Shown: positions 29,558 to 37,006, counted from the first letter of the stretch. The stretch is 46,704 bases of DNA from an uncultured Eubacteriales bacterium (GCA_964402095.1 CAYOAW010000002.1:1-46704); one strand, 5' to 3'. A program made the numbers and translations. The notes: generated by a model from the sequence alone, not told the origin.

Positions 29558-29565
29558 TTATGTCA
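29537..29565 (-). promoter_or_regulatory. candidate promoter of the five-gene operon
   Basis: On the minus strand: TTGACA (29565-60), 17-nt spacer ending TGA, then TAAAAT (29542-37). Confidence 0.55.
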
Positions 29566-29634
29566 AGAATATTTTCCGAGAATCCGGTTATACACGCCGG
29601 GATTTCCTCATTCAGCTAATCGAAGGTGACAGCC

Positions 29635-30372
29635 ATGTTGAACAGCCAAACCCGCCTTCCCTTGTATGTGCAGGCAGAAGACTATATTAATGAATTAATC
29701 GACTCAGGGAAGTATCCCCCAAACGCCAAGCTCCCTACCGAGAACGAGCTGATGTCGCTACTTCATGTCGGGCGCGCCACTGTGCGCGCAGCGCTGGCTG
29801 AGCTGGAGCATAACGGCAGAATTATAAAACGGCACGGTATCGGCACTTTTGTCTGCAAGCCTGAACCGTCCTACAGTTTCGAACCGCTTGTGTCCCTTTC
29901 GTATTCTTTAAAGCAAATGGGCCTTGATATAACCAACAGAATACTTTTGAATACCTTGGAAACCCCGAAAGGCGATTTGCTCAAGGGCTGGGCCAAAGAG
30001 ATGAAAATCGGCCACATCAGACGCCTCAGAATTGCCGCCGGAAATCCGGCAGCCGTCGAAGACGATTATTTTATCCCCGAACTGTATGAAGCAGTAACCC
30101 GCCTTGAGCCTTCGCAGTCTATAGCACACACCGTTCTTTCCTACCCCGATATCAACATAAACAAAGTTGAACTCAGTATTGTCATCCGCAAACCGGAACC
30201 TGAAGAACGGGAATTGCTGAATTTGGAAAGCGGCAAAAAAGTTGCCGAAATGGTGCGTTGGATTTACCGCAGTTCAAGCACCGTTCCGGTAAATTTTGTC
30301 CGGTTTGTCATGCCGGAGGACCTGATGGGCGCTTCATTTTGGGGGAAGCACGAATCCTCCGCATTAAAATAA
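29635..30372 (+). CDS. GntR-family transcriptional regulator, HutC subfamily (UTRA-type C-terminal domain)
   Basis: wHTH LPTENELMSLLHVGRATVRAALAELEHNGRIIKRHGIGTFV. About 245 aa. ATG at 29635 after GAAGGTG. Confidence 0.85.
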   Translation: MLNSQTRLPLYVQAEDYINELIDSGKYPPNAKLPTENELMSLLHVGRATVRAALAELEHNGRIIKRHGIGTFVCKPEPSYSFEPLVSLSYSLKQMGLDITNRILLNTLETPKGDLLKGWAKEMKIGHIRRLRIAAGNPAAVEDDYFIPELYEAVTRLEPSQSIAHTVLSYPDININKVELSIVIRKPEPEERELLNLESGKKVAEMVRWIYRSSSTVPVNFVRFVMPEDLMGASFWGKHESSALK

Positions 30373-30443
30373 CCTCTTCAGCATTCATTTTAAACTTTTT
30401 TGGCAAATAAACCGGTTTTTGCAAATGTTTTTTATAAAATTGC

Positions 30444-30472
30444 TTGACTCCGCTTAAAAATAGTGCTATTCT
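30444..30472 (+). promoter_or_regulatory. candidate promoter of rpmG-secE-nusG
   Basis: TTGACT-N17 (ending TGC)-TATTCT. Confidence 0.5.
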
Positions 30473-30561
30473 ATCTATACCTCTCAAGGAGGGTTATTTT
30501 TTTGTGCCCTGTTTTCCGAACAGAGGGAGGCCTAAAATCCGAAATCAATGGAGGTGCCGTT

Positions 30562-30711
30562 ATGACTGTCAAAATTACCCTTGCCTGCACCGAATGCAAG
30601 CAACGCAACTACAACACATTCAAGAACAAAAAGAACTCACCGGACAGGTTGGAGATGAACAAGTACTGCAGATTCTGCAAGAAGCATACTCTCCATCGCG
30701 AATCTAAGTAG
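30562..30711 (+). CDS. rpmG: 50S ribosomal protein L33 (zinc-ribbon form)
   Basis: 49 aa, [17 protein letters not shown]...[24 protein letters not shown]. Confidence 0.92.
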   Translation: MTVKITLACTECKQRNYNTFKNKKNSPDRLEMNKYCRFCKKHTLHRESK

Positions 30712-30727
30712 GCGGGAGGAAAACAAT

Positions 30728-31162
30728 ATGGCTAACAAGGACAAATCCGAGGCCGCCGCAAAAGTCGCGAAGGCAGCAAAACCCCAAAAGGTAAAAAAGC
30801 AAAAAGAAGGCCAGGACAGTATTTTTGCCCGTATAGGCAAAGGTATTGCTAAGTTTTTCAAGGACTTTAAGGGTGAAATTAAAAAGATTGTCTGGCCTGA
30901 AAGACAAACGGTTATTAAAAGCACAGGAGTCGTTCTCGCAGTGGTCGCTGTTATCGGCGTTATCATTTTCGGAATTGACACCGGGCTTACCAAATTAATC
31001 GAATTGTTATCCAAAGCGGCAACAGATTTTGCAAACAATAACGCAACAACCGTTGCCGAAGCAACAACAGCGGTGCAGACTACTGCGGCAGCCGCAACAC
31101 AAGCCGCGACAACTGCGGCAAAAGTATTGACAACTGCAGTTGCGACTACAATCGGCGGCTGA
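30728..31162 (+). CDS. secE: preprotein translocase subunit SecE with extended Lys-rich N-terminal and Ala/Thr-rich C-terminal tails
   Basis: Position between rpmG and nusG. Core FFKDFKGEIKKIVWPERQTVIKSTGVVLAVVAVIGVIIFGID. Confidence 0.85.
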   Translation: MANKDKSEAAAKVAKAAKPQKVKKQKEGQDSIFARIGKGIAKFFKDFKGEIKKIVWPERQTVIKSTGVVLAVVAVIGVIIFGIDTGLTKLIELLSKAATDFANNNATTVAEATTAVQTTAAAATQAATTAAKVLTTAVATTIGG

Positions 31163-31184
31163 TAAAACTCGGAGGAGGAGAACA

Positions 31185-31748
31185 ATGGCAATGCCTGTTG
31201 ACTCCAGGTGGTATGTAATCCATACCTATTCGGGCTACGAAAACAAGGTAGCAAACAATATTGAAAAAATCGTCGAGAACCGCAAGATGCAGGAACAGAT
31301 TCTTGAGTTGAAGATTCCGACCGAAACTGTAACCGAGATTAAAGACGATAAAAAGCGCGAGGTCGTACGCAAGTTATTTCCCGGCTATGTTTTGGTTAAA
31401 GTTGCCGTAACGCTCGACAAAGACGACAGACCCGCTATGAGCGATGACACCTGGCTTGTCATACGCAATACAAGAGGTGTGACCGGTTTTGTCGGCCCGG
31501 ACAGCAAACCTGTTCCGCTTTCCGATGAGGAAGCCCTTAAAATGGGCATTGAAAAGAAAAGCATCGAAGTCAGCTATAAAGTCGGCGATGTCGTCAACAT
31601 CGTGGATGAAATCTTCGACGGATTTTCCGGCACTGTCGAAGAACTTGATTTAGAAAAGAATCAGGTGCGTGTCAGGGTTTCGGCCCTGTTCGGCAAAGAA
31701 ACTATCGTCGAGCTTGAGCTTGACCAGGTAGAACCGGTCGTAAAATAA
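31185..31748 (+). CDS. nusG: transcription termination/antitermination factor NusG
   Basis: NGN WYVIHTYSGYENKV and KOW GDVVNIVDEIFDGFSGTV. ATG after GGAGGAGGAG. Confidence 0.92.
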   Translation: MAMPVDSRWYVIHTYSGYENKVANNIEKIVENRKMQEQILELKIPTETVTEIKDDKKREVVRKLFPGYVLVKVAVTLDKDDRPAMSDDTWLVIRNTRGVTGFVGPDSKPVPLSDEEALKMGIEKKSIEVSYKVGDVVNIVDEIFDGFSGTVEELDLEKNQVRVRVSALFGKETIVELELDQVEPVVK

Positions 31749-31785
31749 CCCTTTATTCTGTAATTTGCGGGGTTTCCCGTTTAAA

Positions 31786-31835
31786 TTATGCCCGCTTCGG
31801 CGTGCGGAGCTTCGGCTCAGCGTGGGAGGAGCGAA
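31786..31835 (+). promoter_or_regulatory. structured leader candidate upstream of rplK (two UUCG-loop hairpins)
   Basis: CGC-TTCG-GCG and GAGC-TTCG-GCTC hairpins. Repeated GCGTGCGGAG / GCGTGGGAGG. Confidence 0.3.
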
Positions 31836-31906
31836 TTTCAAAGGTTATGCTTTTGTAAAGTTCAGTTCCGCCATTTACCACATTATTATGGAGGTGCAAA
31901 AATTCT

Positions 31907-32335
31907 ATGGCACAAAAAGTTGTTGGCTTTATCAAGCTGCAAATCCCTGCCGGAAAAGCAACCCCGGCACCGCCCGTAGGACCTGCTTTGGGTCAGCACG
32001 GCGTTAACATCATGGCATTCACGAAGGAATTCAATGAGCGTACAAAAAATGATATCGGGCTTATTATACCCGTGGTCATCACTGTTTACGCTGACCGTTC
32101 GTTTTCCTTTATTACCAAAACACCGCCTGCGGCAGTCTTAATAAAAAAGGCTTGCGGCATTGAGAGCGGTTCTGGCGTACCCAACGTCACAAAGGTTGCG
32201 ACAATCACCGGTGAGCAGATAAGAAAAATCGCCGAACAGAAAATGCCTGACCTCAACGCGGCCAGCATTGAATCCGCTATGTCTATGATAGCGGGCAGCG
32301 CGCGCAGCATGGGTGTCACAGTAGTCGACGATTAA
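31907..32335 (+). CDS. rplK: 50S ribosomal protein L11
   Basis: [28 protein letters not shown]. Confidence 0.95.
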   Translation: MAQKVVGFIKLQIPAGKATPAPPVGPALGQHGVNIMAFTKEFNERTKNDIGLIIPVVITVYADRSFSFITKTPPAAVLIKKACGIESGSGVPNVTKVATITGEQIRKIAEQKMPDLNAASIESAMSMIAGSARSMGVTVVDD

Positions 32336-32391
32336 AGCTCCCGGGTGGGAGGAAGAATCCGATTTTACCACATGATTGGGAGGAAAAACTA

Positions 32392-33093
32392 ATGAAACAC
32401 GGTAAAAAATATAATGAAAATGCGAAGCTTGTCGACAGAGCCAAGCTTTATGATCCCTCGGAAGCACTTGAATCGGCTATAAAAACAGGAACGGCAAAAT
32501 TTGATGAAACCGTTGAAGTTCATATCCGTTTGGGTGTTGACTCCCGCCATGCGGACCAGCAGGTTCGCGGCGCCGTAGTTCTTCCTAACGGAACGGGCAA
32601 AAAAGTCAGGGTCGCTGTTTTCGCTAAAGGCGACGACGCAAAAGCAGCCGAAGCCGCAGGGGCGGAAATAGTCGGTGACGAAGACCTTGTTGCGAAAATT
32701 CAGGGCGAAGGCTTTATGGATTTTGATGTCGCTATAGCGGCTCCGAACATGATGGGCCTTGTCGGCCGTCTCGGTAAAATCCTCGGTCCGCGCGGCCTGA
32801 TGCCCAGCCCGAAGGCAGGCACAGTCACACCGGATGTTGCCAAAGCTGTTACAGAAGCCAAGGCCGGTAAAATTGAATACAGGCTTGACAAAACCAACAT
32901 CATTCACTGCCCTATCGGCAAAGTATCTTTTGGCCCCGAAAAGCTGAGTGAAAACTTCAATACGCTTATTGACGCGGTTATCAAAGCGAAGCCGGCTTCA
33001 ACCAAAGGGCAGTATATCCGCTCCTGCGTTGTTGCTTCAACTATGGGACCGGGCATCCGCATCAACCCGTCAAAACTTGTTGTTATCGCATAA
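32392..33093 (+). CDS. rplA: 50S ribosomal protein L1
   Basis: 233 aa. Motifs [14 protein letters not shown] and [12 protein letters not shown]. Confidence 0.95.
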   Translation: MKHGKKYNENAKLVDRAKLYDPSEALESAIKTGTAKFDETVEVHIRLGVDSRHADQQVRGAVVLPNGTGKKVRVAVFAKGDDAKAAEAAGAEIVGDEDLVAKIQGEGFMDFDVAIAAPNMMGLVGRLGKILGPRGLMPSPKAGTVTPDVAKAVTEAKAGKIEYRLDKTNIIHCPIGKVSFGPEKLSENFNTLIDAVIKAKPASTKGQYIRSCVVASTMGPGIRINPSKLVVIA

Positions 33094-33125
33094 AGTTTAT
33101 TATATCCGCCTGAACAAAATAGTAC

Positions 33126-33157
33126 TTGACAGGGTTTAAGCCTTGTGTTAGTATAAT
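33126..33157 (+). promoter_or_regulatory. candidate promoter of rplJL
   Basis: TTGACA-N17 (ending TGT)-TAGTAT, overlapping TATAAT. Confidence 0.5.
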
Positions 33158-33159
33158 AA

Positions 33160-33300
33160 AGCTGTTCTAACCAAAGACAGCAGGTGCGTCTTTTGATGCG
33201 TAAGGTTTATCCGCCTGCCGAGGACCGGAACATACAATGCGCTTTTACGCAAGAATGTATGTTTTACCCTTTCCGCGGTTAAACGGGAAGGGTTTTTTCT
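33160..33300 (+). promoter_or_regulatory. L10-type ribosomal-protein leader with an attenuator terminator
   Basis: About 200-nt leader before rplJ. Hairpin ACATACA...TGTATGT (33228-33263), then a 10-bp stem ACCCTTTCCG/CGGGAAGGGT plus TTTTTT (33266-33298). Confidence 0.6.
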
Positions 33301-33368
33301 TTGGTATAACCCGGCAGACCCCACGGAACGCATATGCCGTTTCGTATAAACAAATTGGAGGTGAATTC

Positions 33369-33902
33369 ATGCCAAGCGAAAAAGTTTTAGAGCAAAAAAT
33401 GAAAGTCGTCGCTGACCTTTCGGAAGTCCTGAAGTCGTCCTGCGCAGGCGTGCTTGTTGATTACAAGGGCATCACCGTTGAAGATGACACAAAACTCCGT
33501 ACTGATCTGCGCAACGCCGGTATCCGTTATTCCGTCGTTAAGAATACTCTCTTAAGCCTCGCGGCTAAAAACGCACAGCTTGATAATTTGGACGAGGTTC
33601 TTTCCGGCACGACAGCTATTGCAACAAGCAAAGACGATTATGTTGCGGCCGCCCGCATTCTTTCCAAGTTTGCGGATACCCACAAAAACTTCTCGTTAAA
33701 GAGCGGTTTTATTGACGGCAAAGTTATAAGCACCGATATGCTTACAACCCTTGCTAAACTTCCCTCGCGCGAAATATTGCTTGCAACCGTATGCAATGTT
33801 TTCAACGCGCCCATCGCCGCTTTTGCCCGCGCTATCCAAGCTATTGTGGATAAAAACGGTGAAAGCTCATCCGCTCCGGAAGCAGTTCCGGCAGAAGCAT
33901 AA
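33369..33902 (+). CDS. rplJ: 50S ribosomal protein L10
   Basis: ATG after GGAGGTG. Motifs GITVEDDTKLRTDLRNAG and YSVVKNTL. Confidence 0.93.
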   Translation: MPSEKVLEQKMKVVADLSEVLKSSCAGVLVDYKGITVEDDTKLRTDLRNAGIRYSVVKNTLLSLAAKNAQLDNLDEVLSGTTAIATSKDDYVAAARILSKFADTHKNFSLKSGFIDGKVISTDMLTTLAKLPSREILLATVCNVFNAPIAAFARAIQAIVDKNGESSSAPEAVPAEA

Positions 33903-33934
33903 AATAATTTAATAAAAATTTGGAGGTAACAAAA

Positions 33935-34315
33935 ATGGCATCCGAAAAAATAGCTGCAATCATCGAAGAAATAAAGGTTCTCACCGTTCTCGAACTTTCC
34001 GAGCTTGTAAAGGCTGTTGAAGAAGAATTTGGCGTTTCCGCGGCAGCGGCAGTTGCGGTAGCGGCACCGGTTGACGGCGGCGCGGCAGCAGCAGTTGAAG
34101 AGCAGACAGAGTTTGATGTTATCCTCGCTGAAATAGGCGCGGAGAAGATCAAGGTTATCAAGGCTGTCCGTGAGCTCACAGGCCTCGGCCTTGCAGAAGC
34201 AAAAGCAGTTGTTGACGGCGCTCCCAAAGCTGTTAAAGAGCAGGTTTCCAAGGAAGATGCGGAAGCCGCGAAAGCCAAGCTTGAAGAAGCCGGCGCGAAA
34301 GTTGAGCTTAAGTAA
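33935..34315 (+). CDS. rplL: 50S ribosomal protein L7/L12
   Basis: Ala-rich hinge and C-terminus [30 protein letters not shown]. Confidence 0.95.
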   Translation: MASEKIAAIIEEIKVLTVLELSELVKAVEEEFGVSAAAAVAVAAPVDGGAAAAVEEQTEFDVILAEIGAEKIKVIKAVRELTGLGLAEAKAVVDGAPKAVKEQVSKEDAEAAKAKLEEAGAKVELK

Positions 34316-34440
34316 TTTCACCTTTACGAGTTATAATCACGCGATAAACGAGTGGTATGCACAAGCCCTAAAAGGGCATAATGCTGGTCAGTGCCTTAAG
34401 GCACATCGAAACGATTCGCCAATCGCATTTCTTTCTCGGG

Positions 34441-34466
34441 CAGCCGCTTAAGCGGCTGTCTTTTTT
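34441..34466 (+). terminator. intrinsic terminator ending the rplJL transcript
   Basis: CAGCCGC-TTAA-GCGGCTG, followed by TCTTTTTT. Confidence 0.85.
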
Positions 34467-34497
34467 CCGTAAACAGATTTATGTATTCTTTGAGGGA

Positions 34498-34507
34498 GAT
34501 TTGATCT
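34498..34507. repeat. left copy of the 10-bp direct repeat GATTTGATCT flanking the AT-rich gene
   Basis: An identical decamer recurs at 37015-37024, 9 nt after the vWA-protein stop. Confidence 0.3.
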
Positions 34508-34523
34508 GTTGTTATATATTCTT

Positions 34524-34565
34524 GCAACTGATTTCTTATATATTCTTCAGTTGCTTTTTTATTTT
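34524..34565 (+). terminator. second terminator-like hairpin
   Basis: GCAACTG-N17-CAGTTGC, followed by TTTTTTATTTT. It is embedded in the direct repeat TTATATATTCTT (34512-23, 34536-47). Confidence 0.5.
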
Positions 34566-34661
34566 GCCCTACTGTATCCACAGAATAACCTCTACACTAA
34601 AAGTGCCTGTTTCCATATTTATACTTTAAATTTGCATATTTTAGGGCGAACGAAATTTTTA

Positions 34662-34690
34662 TTGACAATATTATTATCATTGTTTATAAT
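34662..34690 (+). promoter_or_regulatory. consensus sigma-A promoter of the vWA surface-protein gene
   Basis: TTGACA-N17-TATAAT, an exact consensus. Confidence 0.65.
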
Positions 34691-34714
34691 AATTTAAGAC
34701 ATGGAATATTTCTA

Positions 34715-34784
34715 TTTTTGTTCTGTCGAAGATTTCAGCACCCTTTTATTTATTTTAATTTACAAATCTTTCGCAGAACAAAAA
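34715..34784 (+). promoter_or_regulatory. long imperfect inverted repeat (about 20 bp paired) in the ~170-nt leader
   Basis: TTTTTGTTCTGTCGAAGATTT (34715-35) pairs with AAATCTTTCGCAGAACAAAAA (34764-84): 11 perfect bp, then 4 and 5 bp separated by single-nt bulges. Confidence 0.5.
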
Positions 34785-34867
34785 CATATGAAAGGATGAC
34801 TGCTGATGTAAAGAATTTGCATTTATTACAGTACTTCGTCATCCAAAAAATATATGGAGGAACAATT

Positions 34868-37006
34868 ATGAAAAAGCATCTGAAAACCATAATCTCACTA
34901 TTTTTAGCGATTGTCATGTTTACAATGGTTTTTCCCTATGCATCTGCAATAGAATATCCCGAAACGAAACTACAAACCATCTTAAATTCAATCAAAACTG
35001 ATTATTCTCAATCACTTAAAGACAAGATTTCCGATTTAATTTATGATTCGGATTATTCTGATATCATCTCCTCTCCGACTCTCAGATGCTATGCAACCAA
35101 CGGAAATTCAAAGTCATGGCCTATAAGCAATGCCGATAGTTATGGAGTTTCTGTAACAGACAGAGGAAATATTGTAAAATGGGGTTGGGGTTCTGCTGGT
35201 TGCATGTCATATGCTTGCTTTTTCACATATTCTGTTTATGGATCAATAGGAACAACTACAGAAAAAGTAAATCTAAATGATTCAAATATTGAAAAAGTTA
35301 AAGAATTGTTTACACTGAATGCTCAGCCGGGCGAACATATTCGAATAAACAACAAACATTCGATAATTTTTCTTAACTACGGAAACGATCCATCAACAAA
35401 TGAAGAAGGCTTTTACTATTGCGAATATTGGGGTGGTGGATCATATGACAGCAATACAAAGACCTGGTCTTTTAGCAGTACTAATGACCAATATAATATT
35501 AGCTTTGTTTCATACAGTAATTTTATTAAAAAATATAAAGGAATAGATTTTTATATTTATAACGCTTATGAGTCTTCGTCATTCGCAACCGATACAAACA
35601 ATGAAACAAATCCAGCAACAATTACAAGAGATATTGTTTTGGTTTTGGATGTTTCCGGCAGTATGTCAGGTACAAAAATCGCAAACACAAAAACAGCAGC
35701 CAAAAGTTTTGTCAACCAAATCATAAGCAGTACGACGAATACCCGTATTGCTCTTGTAAAATATGATTCTTATGTGTCAACGGTCAGTGATTTTACTAGA
35801 GATGGAACAGCATTAACAAACGCAATAAATTCACTCTCTGCAGGAAGCAATACAAATATCTATGGTGCATTAACTCAAGCAAGTTCACTTCTTGATGCTG
35901 GAACAGCTAAGAAAAAGTCAATAGTTCTTATGACAGATGGTGAAGCAAATGAAGGAACCTATACCTCATCAGGGACACGGCTTGCACATGATGGTTCAAA
36001 TTTTTCTGTTACCTCCTATGGTGCCGCGATATATGACCTTACAAAAGATTATAAAGAGGTAAAAGGTTATTATATTTATACTCTAGGATTTGGATTATCA
36101 ACCGGTTCGACTGCATATAACTTATTAAAAAACATTTGTTCTGTTAATTCGGCAAGCGAAGATAAATTCTGGTCTGTATCATCCAACAATGTTAACGACT
36201 TAACTATTGCGTTTGATGATATTGCCGGTTCTAACACCTCAAACAAAAGTATCCGAATAGTAATTGATTGTCCAATTGATGTTTCAATTGCTTATAACGG
36301 TTTTGCAATGTCCAGCATAGGCCTTACCGGGTCAACAAGCTCAAGCTTCGGTTCAATAACAGCTACCGGAAGCGGTATTGATAGAAATATCGAACTTAAA
36401 CTCGCTTACCATGAGGATTACATTTTAGAAATAATTGGTACTGACACCGGAACGATGGATCTTAAAGTTGAATACACGAGCGGTGATGTAACCACACATA
36501 GAACTTTTATTGGTGTTCCTGTAACAAATAAAACAATTATAACAACATCCAATACTGACTATAGGGCTGACTTTGCTTTATATGTTGATAAGGAAAATGA
36601 TGGCAGAATTGATTCTGGCTGGGAAGCCGCAGTAAATGAAACCGTGAGAGTTAAGTCAGATGACATCGTTGAACAGCTTTATCCCACAAATTCATCACCG
36701 CTTGGAGTATTTGGTTTTGACTGCAGTGATTTAGCTCTTATTTTTAAAGAATCTCGAAAGTTAAATATCATTTCAGGTGCTCCCGAAAACGGCAGTGTGC
36801 AATGGTCAACTTCGAACAAGTCTGTTGCAAAAATTGACAACGGCGTAGTTACTGGTAAAGGTACCGGTTCAGCTGTTATCACAGCGAAAGCTCTCGATGA
36901 AAACGGCAAAGAGCTCAGTATTGCAACTTGCAATGTCACAGTAAAATTAACCTGGTGGCAGTGGATTTTAAAAATCCTTTTGTTCGGTTGGATTTGGTAT
37001 TATTAA
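34868..37006 (+). CDS. secreted multidomain protein: N-terminal Cys/His (papain-fold-like) domain, vWA domain, beta-rich middle, Big_2 domain, C-terminal Trp-rich hydrophobic anchor
   Basis: ATG after GGAGG. Signal peptide MKKHLKTIISLFLAIVMFTMVFPYASA. GSAGCMSYACFF...NKHSIIFL. MIDAS DVSGSMSG...LMTDGEANEG. Big_2 idiom VQWSTSNKSVAKIDNGVVTGKGTGSAVITAKA. Ends LTWWQWILKILLFGWIWYY. Confidence 0.8.
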   Translation: MKKHLKTIISLFLAIVMFTMVFPYASAIEYPETKLQTILNSIKTDYSQSLKDKISDLIYDSDYSDIISSPTLRCYATNGNSKSWPISNADSYGVSVTDRGNIVKWGWGSAGCMSYACFFTYSVYGSIGTTTEKVNLNDSNIEKVKELFTLNAQPGEHIRINNKHSIIFLNYGNDPSTNEEGFYYCEYWGGGSYDSNTKTWSFSSTNDQYNISFVSYSNFIKKYKGIDFYIYNAYESSSFATDTNNETNPATITRDIVLVLDVSGSMSGTKIANTKTAAKSFVNQIISSTTNTRIALVKYDSYVSTVSDFTRDGTALTNAINSLSAGSNTNIYGALTQASSLLDAGTAKKKSIVLMTDGEANEGTYTSSGTRLAHDGSNFSVTSYGAAIYDLTKDYKEVKGYYIYTLGFGLSTGSTAYNLLKNICSVNSASEDKFWSVSSNNVNDLTIAFDDIAGSNTSNKSIRIVIDCPIDVSIAYNGFAMSSIGLTGSTSSSFGSITATGSGIDRNIELKLAYHEDYILEIIGTDTGTMDLKVEYTSGDVTTHRTFIGVPVTNKTIITTSNTDYRADFALYVDKENDGRIDSGWEAAVNETVRVKSDDIVEQLYPTNSSPLGVFGFDCSDLALIFKESRKLNIISGAPENGSVQWSTSNKSVAKIDNGVVTGKGTGSAVITAKALDENGKELSIATCNVTVKLTWWQWILKILLFGWIWYY

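Noticed and set aside
30463-30561. 82-aa extended form of the L33 ORF
   Set aside because: L33 is about 49 aa. The GGAGGTG RBS sits directly before the ATG at 30562, and the upstream part lies just downstream of the candidate promoter.
30637-31254. 205-aa minus-strand ORF rich in Ala/Val/Thr
   Set aside because: It is the mirror image of the Ala/Thr-rich SecE tail and the rpmG/nusG ends. GCN-rich coding DNA commonly leaves the antisense frame open.
33638-34321. 227-aa and 145-aa minus-strand ORFs
   Set aside because: They are antisense to rplJ and rplL (Ala-rich, GC-rich). These are classic shadow ORFs.
34396-34581. 61-aa minus-strand ORF whose text (ATEEYIRNQLQEYITTDQISLKEYINLF) briefly suggested an integrase or HTH N-terminal remnant next to the AT-rich segment
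   Set aside because: Its protein-like periodicity comes from the TTATATATTCTT direct repeat. It also runs straight through the rplL terminator hairpin and has only a GTG start. That is insufficient to call a gene or pseudogene.
34718-34867. Upstream extension of the vWA ORF (starts at 34718 or 34796)
   Set aside because: Neither start has a properly spaced RBS. The signal peptide begins at the GGAGG-preceded ATG at 34868, and the extension overlaps the leader hairpin.
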